From: Dehalococcoidia bacterium UBA3088
GTDB taxonomy: Bacteria; Chloroflexota; Dehalococcoidia; UBA2247; UBA3088
NCBI GenBank assembly: GCA_002367275.1
Contig: DFBE01000066.1
Coordinates: 1-45,769, forward strand
Length of the DNA stretch: 45,769 nt
Direction: 5' to 3'
The notes beneath the pieces were generated by a model. The model saw nothing but the letters and a program-made list of their open reading frames with translations. It searched no databases and was not told where the DNA came from. The first letter of the stretch is position 1. Each line of letters starts with the position of its first letter. A program made the translations under genes and the position numbers. Shown here piece after piece: positions 27,883 to 36,236 of the stretch.

Positions 27883-28777
27883 TTCGCTGTTTGAGGAAAA
27901 GCTTTATTCCGATAAGTTCCTGGTGACATCAGAGGTTGGACCTCCCAAGGGGATGGATGTTGCGGACATGGTCCACCATATAGATCTGCTCAAGGATAAG
28001 GTTGACGCCATCAATATTACTGACCATCAAAGCTCAGTGATGCGTTTCCCCTCCCTGGGGGGGTGTCTATTGGTGAAGGAACGTGGTGGTGAGCCTATCT
28101 TTCAAGTAACTTGCCGCGACCGTAATCGTCTGGCCATCCAGGCGGACCTTCTTCTGGCCTGTTCCCGGGGCATCCAGAATGTGCTTTGCCTCACCGGTGA
28201 TTCCATTGATGTTGGGGATCATAAGGAGGCAAAGCCGGTATTTGACCTGGACTCGGTGCAACTGCTGAGAACAATTAAGACGATGGAATCGGGGAAGGAT
28301 CTGGGAGGTAGCGATTTTAAGGGTTCACCGAAATTTTGCGTGGGTGCCTCGGTCCATCCAGAGGCAGACTTCATTGAGCCGCAGCTCATCAAGTTTGAAA
28401 AGAAAGTTGCTGCCGGGGCGCAGTTTTTCCAAACCCAGGGCATATTCGGCTTAGAAAGCCTTCGCCGGTTCATGCAGTATGCCTCCCAGTTCGAGGTTAA
28501 GATACTGGCGGGCATTATAGTCCTGTCCTCAGCCAGGATGGCTCAGTATATGAATGATAATGTCCCGGGAATAATTGTTCCTCAACCCATTATTGATGAG
28601 CTATCCAGTGCAGGGAAGGGTAAGGGACTTCAAAAGGGAATGGAGATTGCTGCCAGGTTGGTAAGGACGATAAAGGAGGAGAACCTATGTCATGGAGTTC
28701 ACATTATGGCGGTGGGTAATGAAGGGATCGTACCCGATATCCTGGAGATGGCTCAGATAGTCGGCGCAGCTCCCTGA
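27875..28777 (+). CDS. metF: Methylenetetrahydrofolate reductase, acetogen-type MetF
   Basis: FLVTSEVGPPKG...INITDHQSSVMR...TCRDRNRLAIQADLL...CLTGD. ATG at 27875 (GGGAGGAAG upstream) overlaps the metV stop by 8 nt. The track ORF starts at 27857 (TTG). Confidence 0.9.
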   Translation: MANSLFEEKLYSDKFLVTSEVGPPKGMDVADMVHHIDLLKDKVDAINITDHQSSVMRFPSLGGCLLVKERGGEPIFQVTCRDRNRLAIQADLLLACSRGIQNVLCLTGDSIDVGDHKEAKPVFDLDSVQLLRTIKTMESGKDLGGSDFKGSPKFCVGASVHPEADFIEPQLIKFEKKVAAGAQFFQTQGIFGLESLRRFMQYASQFEVKILAGIIVLSSARMAQYMNDNVPGIIVPQPIIDELSSAGKGKGLQKGMEIAARLVRTIKEENLCHGVHIMAVGNEGIVPDILEMAQIVGAAP

Positions 28778-28840
28778 TCTGGCATCCCGATAAAGCATGG
28801 TCACAGGTCGACTGAATCTAAGGTAAGGAGGAAAAGGTAA

Positions 28841-29641
28841 ATGGGAAACAAGGAAAAGATCCTGATCATAGATGATGAACCCGATTTTGTGGAGGCCTTC
28901 CGGATGACTCTGGAGGCTAAATTCTATCGGGTGATATCTACCACTAGCAAGGCCCAGGCCCAGGAAAGGATAAGAGGAGAGCCTCTCGATATCATTGTTC
29001 TGGGCACAATAGCCCCCGCGGGGGAAGCATTCTCCCTGCATCGGTGGCTAAAACAGCATCCCAAGTTTAAAGATATACCGCTCCTGGTGGTAGATGCACG
29101 GCCTCAGGAACGGTCGGTTAAGGGGTGGAGGAGGTTCGAGGGGATGCGGCTGGAGTCTGAGGACTATGTAAGTAAGCCCATCGAACCAGCTTCATTAGTG
29201 CCCCGTATCCGAAGCCTGCTGGAAGAGGCAACAAAGCATATAAAAGTACTGGTTACAGATGACCATACCATGGTCAGGGATGGGATATGTGCTGTTCTCA
29301 TGCTGCAAAAGGAGATGGAGGTAGTGGGCGAGGCCACCAATGGGAAGGAAGCATTGGAGAAGGTGCTACGGCTTATTCCCGACGTGGTGTTAATGGATAT
29401 AGTCATGCCCGTGATGGGTGGGTTAGAGGCAACAAAGCAAATAGCCAGGCAACAACCCCAGACCAGGGTTTTGATCTTAACCCAATATGATGAGGAAGAG
29501 AACATGCTGGTTGCCAAGCAAGTGGGAGCCTACGGCTTTATACCCAAGAAGGCAGCCACTTCACAGCTTATAGACGGCATAAGGTCTGTATACGGAGGGA
29601 TGTACTTTCCGGCGTCTTTTGCGGAGATGGTTTCAAGCTAA
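28841..29641 (+). CDS. Output-less double receiver protein (pseudo-REC + REC)
   Basis: REC1 has Gly at the phospho-acceptor position (PLDIIVLGTIAP). REC2 is canonical (VVLMDIVMP, ILTQ, IPKK) and closely resembles the receiver of the NarL-type regulator at 24229. No HTH. Confidence 0.85.
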   Translation: MGNKEKILIIDDEPDFVEAFRMTLEAKFYRVISTTSKAQAQERIRGEPLDIIVLGTIAPAGEAFSLHRWLKQHPKFKDIPLLVVDARPQERSVKGWRRFEGMRLESEDYVSKPIEPASLVPRIRSLLEEATKHIKVLVTDDHTMVRDGICAVLMLQKEMEVVGEATNGKEALEKVLRLIPDVVLMDIVMPVMGGLEATKQIARQQPQTRVLILTQYDEEENMLVAKQVGAYGFIPKKAATSQLIDGIRSVYGGMYFPASFAEMVSS

Positions 29642-30220
29642 GCTGAAGAGGTTGCAAGGTCTGACTCCTCGGCTTGCCCATTATTGTGGTCGATGTTCCA
29701 CCGGAAAATCAGCTGATCAAGGGAGGAGGAGGAATGAAGGGCTACAGCTTGTTGCTGTTCCTTCAGATTCAATCAAACTATCTCCTTTCTCATACGATGA
29801 CGTTTTCACTGAACTATTAAGTGGTGTCATTATCATAGAACTACCACAAGGAGACTTGACAGTAAACCTTATACTAAGTTGACACGCAGGTCTCCCACTA
29901 TGGATCTGCCATTATAGTTTGGCGATCGTCATATCCAAAAAAGCTAGCCCAAAGCTGTCTTTTCCCCCGGGATATCAAACATGCGCTGGCTTGAAGAAGA
30001 GTATTTGACTACCGTATCATTCATCATAAGGAAAGTGGTTTGTGAGCGAGGAAGCTGGAAAATAAATTCCTCGGTTCGCTGCTGGAGGGTGAGGATAGGA
30101 GTCGAAAATAAGCCTGGTTCAAGGTCGTGGAAGAGGTTATGGAAAATTAGTTGGCGGGGAGATAATGCCTCCGGTGGGTGACAGGGCTAAGGGACTATAA
30201 GCGCGAGTGGAAAAGCAAAT

Positions 30221-30901
30221 ATGGAGAAGCTAGGTTTGATGAAGAAAAGGATGACTGTTGAGAGAATACCAGGGTTTATGGCTTCTATTTACGAGAAGGC
30301 CACCAGAATGGTGATAGAGAGCTACTATAGCCAGGTGGCTGAGGAGGTAGTGTCAAGGCTGAAAGCAGGTGTCATTCTGGATCTGGGTACCGGGCCGGGA
30401 TATCTTCCTATCGAGATAGTTAAGAGATCCCCGTCTGTCAGGGTCGATGGCATTGACTTGACTCGCAAGCTTATAAATATGGCGCAAGAAAATGCCGTGA
30501 GAGCTGGTGTTGCTGACAGGCTGCATTTTGAAGTTGGGAGTGCAGCAAAGCTGCGATTTGAGGATAGCTCCTATGACATGGTGATCAGCACTGGCATGTT
30601 GCACATGTTAAAAGATCCTATTAAGGTGCTAAGAGAATGTTACCGGGTACTCAAATCAGGTGGGGAAGCATGGATATATGACCCAGCTAAGGTTTCATCT
30701 CAAATAGATATAGTGAAATGGAAGGCTTCGCTTACCTTTGGAGAGAGGTTTGTGTATAGGCTCTTCAGTCTGCCTGGATTGTTTAAACCATTGCATGCTT
30801 ATAATCGGGAGCAAGTTACTGAAATGATTGCCGCTACCGATTTTAAGGAGTATTGGGTTGAAGAGGGAGATAATGAGATAAAAATCAAATTGAGGAAATA
30901 G
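30221..30901 (+). CDS. Class I SAM-dependent methyltransferase
   Basis: ILDLGTGPGYLP motif I and DMVISTGMLHML motif. Confidence 0.8.
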   Translation: MEKLGLMKKRMTVERIPGFMASIYEKATRMVIESYYSQVAEEVVSRLKAGVILDLGTGPGYLPIEIVKRSPSVRVDGIDLTRKLINMAQENAVRAGVADRLHFEVGSAAKLRFEDSSYDMVISTGMLHMLKDPIKVLRECYRVLKSGGEAWIYDPAKVSSQIDIVKWKASLTFGERFVYRLFSLPGLFKPLHAYNREQVTEMIAATDFKEYWVEEGDNEIKIKLRK

Positions 30902-30920
30902 TTTGATATGACATCTCTAT

Positions 30921-31394
30921 CTACTTAAATCTTCTCTCTTCTATTTCCCTTATCTTATTCATTGAATTTTCTAACCAGGAGGCTTCTTCCCCTGGCCAGC
31001 CTTGAGCGAGTTCTGTCTTAAGCCAGACATCAACCATCTCTCCGGCCATTTGAGGAGCAACGATGAATTCCCCCATGGTGAGTATATTGCTGTTGTTTAT
31101 TGCTCTTGATTTCTGGGCAGCGTAGGCACTCTCGCAAACGCTTGCATAGACACCTTTAGTCTTATTGGCGATGATGGCCATTCCCATTCCCGTACCACAG
31201 ACCAATATGCCCCTATCGAATTGTCCATTGGCTACCTTTTCTGCCATTTTACTGGCCACATCGTAATAGGGTTCGGAGGAATGTGGTGATAAAACCCCGA
31301 TGTCGTCGCAATCTCTCTTGTGCTCGGCAAGATGTTTTTTAATGCACTCCTTCAAATGGTAACCATAGGCGTCAGAACCTACTCCTAGTTTCAT
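30921..31394 (-). CDS. rpiB: RpiB/LacA/LacB-family sugar-phosphate isomerase
   Basis: ILVCGTGMGMAIIANKTKGVYA. 157 aa. GGAAGGAG Shine-Dalgarno. Confidence 0.88.
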   Translation of the reverse strand: MKLGVGSDAYGYHLKECIKKHLAEHKRDCDDIGVLSPHSSEPYYDVASKMAEKVANGQFDRGILVCGTGMGMAIIANKTKGVYASVCESAYAAQKSRAINNSNILTMGEFIVAPQMAGEMVDVWLKTELAQGWPGEEASWLENSMNKIREIEERRFK

Positions 31395-31504
31395 AAAGCT
31401 TGTCTCCTTCCATCCAGTCTATCCAGATTTCCTTATGAAGTTTTGAGATTTTCCTTCCACCACCTTTCACTTTACTTAAAGCTATATACTTTCGCTGAAT
31501 TTCT

Positions 31505-32623
31505 TCATTTTCGCTCTTTAAACGCTATACCCATTGAATCTGCTGCCTTTATCGAGTCAAATACTGATTCAGGGGTAACCGGGAAGGTATAGCCATGGAT
31601 AAACTCTGCCGGATCTGTTGTTCTCTTAGCCACTTCCATTAATTCCTCATCGGTTATATCAGCTAAGTTCATATCAGCCAGAGTATATGGCAATCCTACA
31701 TTGTCACAAAAATTGATCACTTCATATAGATCCTTCTCTGGTTGACCTTCTAAGATCAATTGCACAACCGTCCCAAAGGCTACTACCTCCCCGTGATATA
31801 ATTTATGCTTCTGCCCTAAAATTGTAAAACCATCGTAAATAGAGTGGGCTGCAGCCGTGCCAGTGTTTTCAACAGCAACGCTGCTCAGTAATGTGTTGGC
31901 CTCTACAATTTCCTCTAAGGCAGGAGTGCTAACACCTTCCTCACAGGATCTTCTGGCCTCTACGCCACACTTGAGCAAGGTATCGTAGCATAACTTTGCC
32001 AGCGTTAAGGCAGCCATTGTAATATGGCCTGGTCTGGAACCTCCACAGGTTAGATCCTTTGCATAGGCTGAAGCACGGGCGTTTGACTCCCACCATGTTG
32101 CCAGGGCATCACCCATTCCTGATATTAACAGCCTCACGGGGCTTCTGGCGATAACATTTGTATCCACTGCTATTAAGTCAGGGTTTGTTGAATAAAATTG
32201 GTATCCCTTGAATACGTGGTCGGGTGTATACATCACTGAGACTGCAGTACATGCTGCATCCGACGAGGCAACTGTAGGTACAATGATAGTTTTAGCCCTC
32301 AATTTATGGGCTACTGCCTTTGCAGTATCCAGTGCCTTGCCCCCACCAACTCCGATCACTATATCAGCTTTTTCATCATTGCCTATGTTGGCCAGTCTAC
32401 TGACTTCTTCATACGAGCACTCTCGACCAAAATTATGGTCTATGATTGTCTCTATATTCGTTTCTGCCAGGCTTTTCATCATAGCTTCCTCGGTTGCCTT
32501 TAAGCCGCTGGGACTTCCCAAAATTAAAGCTTTCTTCCCATAAGTAGTAACGTATTTACCTATTTTATTGATCACGCCGGGCCCCTGTATATACCTTCCA
32601 GGGAAAGTTATGCGTTTTATCAT
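31505..32623 (-). CDS. gldA: Glycerol dehydrogenase (iron-containing ADH family)
   Basis: VIGVGGGKALDTAKAVA, VPTVASSDA and the HSIYDG...LYHGEVVAFG metal-binding region. Confidence 0.88.
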   Translation of the reverse strand: MIKRITFPGRYIQGPGVINKIGKYVTTYGKKALILGSPSGLKATEEAMMKSLAETNIETIIDHNFGRECSYEEVSRLANIGNDEKADIVIGVGGGKALDTAKAVAHKLRAKTIIVPTVASSDAACTAVSVMYTPDHVFKGYQFYSTNPDLIAVDTNVIARSPVRLLISGMGDALATWWESNARASAYAKDLTCGGSRPGHITMAALTLAKLCYDTLLKCGVEARRSCEEGVSTPALEEIVEANTLLSSVAVENTGTAAAHSIYDGFTILGQKHKLYHGEVVAFGTVVQLILEGQPEKDLYEVINFCDNVGLPYTLADMNLADITDEELMEVAKRTTDPAEFIHGYTFPVTPESVFDSIKAADSMGIAFKERK

Positions 32624-32767
32624 TTAAATGCCTTCCTCATTAAATATTCTCAGCTATATATGCTCAGTATCGGCTTCCTCCACTAGACTCACCACAAGCA
32701 GGACAAGTGATTTCCATACTCACCTCCTATGGTGAGGGTAAGAATTTTCTCGGCTGGTTGAACATCT

Positions 32768-33541
32768 CTAGTTTTCATCAATCACTACCCTCTCGTCATG
32801 GGTGTAGATGTTCATCCTCTTCCCTCTAACAAAGCCGATGAGGGTTATGTCCAAATCGTTGGCCAATCTCACACCTAAGTTGGTGGGGGCGGATTTGGAA
32901 ACAAGCAGAGGAATATTCCTTTTGGCCACCTTGAGCAATATCTCTGAGGAGACCCTTCCACTGGTGATTATTAAACGGTTGTCTGTTGGTATGTCCTCCA
33001 AAAGGCACTCCCCGAATACCTTGTCGATGGCATTATGTCTTCCAATGTCTTCGCTGAAAATCAGGAGGCTATCTGCCTCACACAGGGCAGCGCTGTGAAC
33101 GCCGCCTGTAGTTTTGAAAACCTCGGAGCGCTGCACGAAATTCTCCATCAATGAGAAAATCTGAGAGGATGATAACTTCATTGGAGACTCTACGCTCACC
33201 CTTTGGACTCCGGAAAGGGCGGTGCACTCCCTTCCTCCACCGGAAGCGAGGAGCGGTTTAGAAAGGACATTTACTTCTCTCTCGGTTTCCACTCGCGCCA
33301 CACCTGTTTCTCTATCCAGCTTTATTTCCCTGATTTCGTCCTTGCTCTTTATCAAATCCTCAGACCAGAGGTAGCCCACGGTTAAATACTCCAGCTTTGT
33401 CGGGGAGCAAAGGAGCGTTACCACTTCTTGATGGTTAAGGATGATGGTAAGGGGAAGCTCGGTAACGACGACATCCTCGATCTCATTCCTGCCCTGTTCA
33501 GTAAATTGCAGTATAGTAATCCTCTCTATCTCTTCTCTCAT
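32768..33541 (-). CDS. fdhD: Formate dehydrogenase accessory sulfurtransferase FdhD
   Basis: TGGVHSAALC...DIGRHNAIDKV...SGRVSSEILLKVAKRNIPLLVSKSAPT. Confidence 0.9.
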   Translation of the reverse strand: MREEIERITILQFTEQGRNEIEDVVVTELPLTIILNHQEVVTLLCSPTKLEYLTVGYLWSEDLIKSKDEIREIKLDRETGVARVETEREVNVLSKPLLASGGGRECTALSGVQRVSVESPMKLSSSQIFSLMENFVQRSEVFKTTGGVHSAALCEADSLLIFSEDIGRHNAIDKVFGECLLEDIPTDNRLIITSGRVSSEILLKVAKRNIPLLVSKSAPTNLGVRLANDLDITLIGFVRGKRMNIYTHDERVVIDEN

Positions 33542-33554
33542 TGTTACCCTTCAG

Positions 33555-33644
33555 TCACTTTTCTATCATCCCGCCACCTATCACTCTATCGCCATCATAG
33601 AAGACTACTGTCTGTCCCGGGGCAATTGTCGGCAAACTGGACCC
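33555..33644 (-). pseudogene. mnmA: C-terminal remnant of tRNA 2-thiouridylase mnmA
   Basis: The minus-strand frame reads ...PTIAPGQTVVFYDGDRVIGGGMIEK-stop, the characteristic MnmA C-terminus. Upstream sequence up to about 33790 shows only frameshifted, weak similarity. Only ~280 nt separate fdhD and prfB. Confidence 0.55.
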
Positions 33645-33838
33645 TTATCATCTGAGCCACTCTCTCTAGATTGTTGAAAAGCAATAGCCTAAAGCTAAGG
33701 CCATTACTGATACTGCTCCTGGGTAGGTGAACAAGGTCTTGTCGCCGAATTCCTCTCTCAAAATCAGGATAGTCCCCCAGCTAGTAACTGGCCCAGCCTT
33801 GCTCCCTTTTGGTGAAGGAAAAGGGGGGGGAAGAAGTC

Positions 33839-34913
33839 TTAGAGACGGCTTGTGAGGTAGGCCTGTATGAGATCATCCAGTTCGCCATCCAGAACTCCTC
33901 CCGCATTCCTTATCTCTTTACCGGTGCGGTGGTCCTTCACCATCTTATAGGGCTGCAGGACATAACTTCTTATCTGGCTGCCAAAAGCGATAGGCATCTT
34001 CTGTCCTCTATACTGGGCTGCCTCTTTCTCTTTTCTCCTGAGTTCGAGGCTCAGGATCCGGGATTTCAGGATACGAAGTGCACTCTCCTTATTCTGATAT
34101 TGGGAACGCTCGCTCTGGCATACTGCTGAAATCCCTGTAGGAAGGTAGATCATGCGCACTGCGGAGCAGGTTTTCTGCATATGCTGACCCCCAGGTCCGC
34201 TGGATTTGAAAGTCTCTACCTTGAGATCCTTCTCTTCAATTCTCACCTCCACATCTTCTACTTGAGGTATAACCTCTATTGAGGCAAAAGAAGTATGGCG
34301 AGCATGATCAGCATCAAAGGGAGAGATACGAACCAGACGGTGAACTCCCTCCTCTCCTTTAAGGTATCCATAGACATATCTTCCTTTAACCTCGAATGTG
34401 ACGCTCTTTATCCCTACTTCCTCTCCAGGGAGTAGATTTACAACCTCCACTTTATATCCCTTTCTCTCGCAAAAGCGAAGGTACATCCGGAAAAGCATGT
34501 GGGCGAAATCGCAAGCCTCTACTCCTCCTGCCCCGGAGTGGATGGAGACGATGGCATCCCGTATATCATGCTTTCCATTCAAGAGAAGCTCGAAGGAAAT
34601 TCTACCCAGCTTTCGGGAAATATCCTCTATCTCAGATAGTATCTCACTGCTGAGTAAGCCGTCCTCTTCTCCCAAGGGTAAAAGCTCTTCCACGTCTTCT
34701 GCTCTTTGCTTCAGTTCCTCCCAGGTTCTTATCTCCTCCCTTATTCCCTCCATTTCGCGCATAATGCTCCTTGTTTTCTCCTTATCATGCCATAGGTAAG
34801 AGGAAGAGACCTCCTTTTCTAACTCTGAAAGCCTTCTTTTTCTACCCTCAAGGTCAAAGATGCTCCATTATCTCGTATATTCTGCGCTTGAGACTTAGTA
34901 CCCTTTCTTCCAT
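33839..34913 (-). CDS. prfB: Peptide chain release factor 2, requiring a programmed +1 frameshift
   Basis: ORF0 is MEERVLSLKRRIYEIMEHL, then CTT TGA C at 34853-34859. The +1 frame continues DLEGRKRRLSELEKE... into the track ORF (33839..34762). SPF and GGQ motifs are present. Confidence 0.93.
34853..34866 (-). promoter_or_regulatory. prfB +1 frameshift site (GGAG cat CTT TGA C)
   Basis: Canonical CUU UGA C slippery/stop context with an SD-like GGAG 3 nt upstream on the minus strand. Confidence 0.85.
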
Positions 34914-35060
34914 TTTCCTCTCCTTTATCCAATTCTAACATGTTCCTGGTCATGTCGAATCATCTGACTGGCTCTCCACATCTCACCTTCTGGGCTTTCT
35001 GAGAGCGGGTAAACTGAACCTAGACGATGTGCATTCCACCCCAAGCCTTAGGGGTGAAGT

Positions 35061-36230
35061 CTACCTTTTGACCATCAACCTCTTGACCGCTCTATCCAGC
35101 CCCTCCAGAGTGAGCTCAAACATAGGGAAGAGCCTCTGGATCATCATCACCGTGGGATGGTGCCAGTAGTAAGGGTCCTCAGGGTTTAGCCACACCGCAT
35201 GGGTGAAATGCTCTGATATCTGCCTTAACCTTTCTATACCCGGGGTCTCATTTCTTTCGTAGTAGTAGATGGCTCCATATCTTTCTACCAGCTCCTCAGT
35301 AGCCATCCTGGCATCCCCCACCAGTATGGTCTTATAGTCGAGCTCCAGATTTCTCAGGACATAGTCTGTGCCCACTTCATCGCCTGCCTCTATATCACGG
35401 TAGAGGTTGTCGTATACACAATTGTGGAAGCAGAAATATTTAAAGTCTTTGAAGTGAGCGCTGGCGTTTAAGGCGGAGAAAAGCTGGCTACACAACCGGG
35501 CAAAGGGGGTCATTGAACCACCTACATCCATCACCAGGAGCACCTTCACAGTATTTTTCCGGTTTCGCCTCCATTTGAAGTCTATCTCCCCGGCATTTTT
35601 AGCTGTGGCATCGATGGTTTCCTCAACATCCAGTTCATCCTCCGGGCCAGTGCGGCTCAACTGTCTCAGTCTTCTCAGAGCCATCTTCATTGAACGGACA
35701 TCCAGGGTCAAATCACTACGGTAGTTACGGAATCTCCTCTCCGAAGCTATCTGAATGGCATGCCTGCCTCCAGGATCACCTCCTACCCTGATGCCTGCTG
35801 GGTGGTATCCTGAGTGTCCAAAGGGAGAAGTGCCCCCCCGGCCAATCCAGTGGTTTCCTCCATCATGCTGCTCTTTCTGCTCCTTGAGCCTCTTCTCAAA
35901 CTCCCGGAGGAGTTCATCGAGATCCATCCTATCCATAAGCTTTCTCTCTTCATCAGTGAGGGTGGTTCGGTCAGGTGAACCCTGAAGCCACTCCAGGACC
36001 TGCTCCAGGATCTCTGCCGGGGTTTCAATCCCCTTGAAATACTCCTGAAAGGCAACATCATACTGGTCATAGTATCCTTCACTCTTGACCAATATGGCCC
36101 TCGCCAGGTAATAGAATTCATCCATGTCGGTGATGTACCCCCTGGATAAAGACTCCATGAGAACCATCCACTCAGTAATGGAAACGGGTACCTTTCTTTT
36201 CTTTAAGAGGTAGAAAAAGTCAGTGAACAT
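35061..36230 (-). CDS. VWA-domain protein, CoxE-like partner of a MoxR ATPase
   Basis: N-terminus MFTDFFYLLKKRKVPVSITEW is typical of CoxE-like proteins. C-terminal VWA with VLLVMDVGGSM MIDAS-like motif. Confidence 0.8.
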   Translation of the reverse strand: MFTDFFYLLKKRKVPVSITEWMVLMESLSRGYITDMDEFYYLARAILVKSEGYYDQYDVAFQEYFKGIETPAEILEQVLEWLQGSPDRTTLTDEERKLMDRMDLDELLREFEKRLKEQKEQHDGGNHWIGRGGTSPFGHSGYHPAGIRVGGDPGGRHAIQIASERRFRNYRSDLTLDVRSMKMALRRLRQLSRTGPEDELDVEETIDATAKNAGEIDFKWRRNRKNTVKVLLVMDVGGSMTPFARLCSQLFSALNASAHFKDFKYFCFHNCVYDNLYRDIEAGDEVGTDYVLRNLELDYKTILVGDARMATEELVERYGAIYYYERNETPGIERLRQISEHFTHAVWLNPEDPYYWHHPTVMMIQRLFPMFELTLEGLDRAVKRLMVKR

Positions 36231-36236
36231 TGATTA

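Noticed and set aside
29619-30181. Track ORFs 29619..29882 and 29981..30181 as coding genes.
   Set aside because: Translations are Trp/Arg/Cys-rich, there are no motifs, and start contexts are poor. The region is treated as non-coding.
35033-35055. Hairpin CACCCC-n7-GGGGTG after the VWA gene, as a Rho-independent terminator.
   Set aside because: It is only a 6-bp stem with no downstream U-run on the transcribed (minus) strand.
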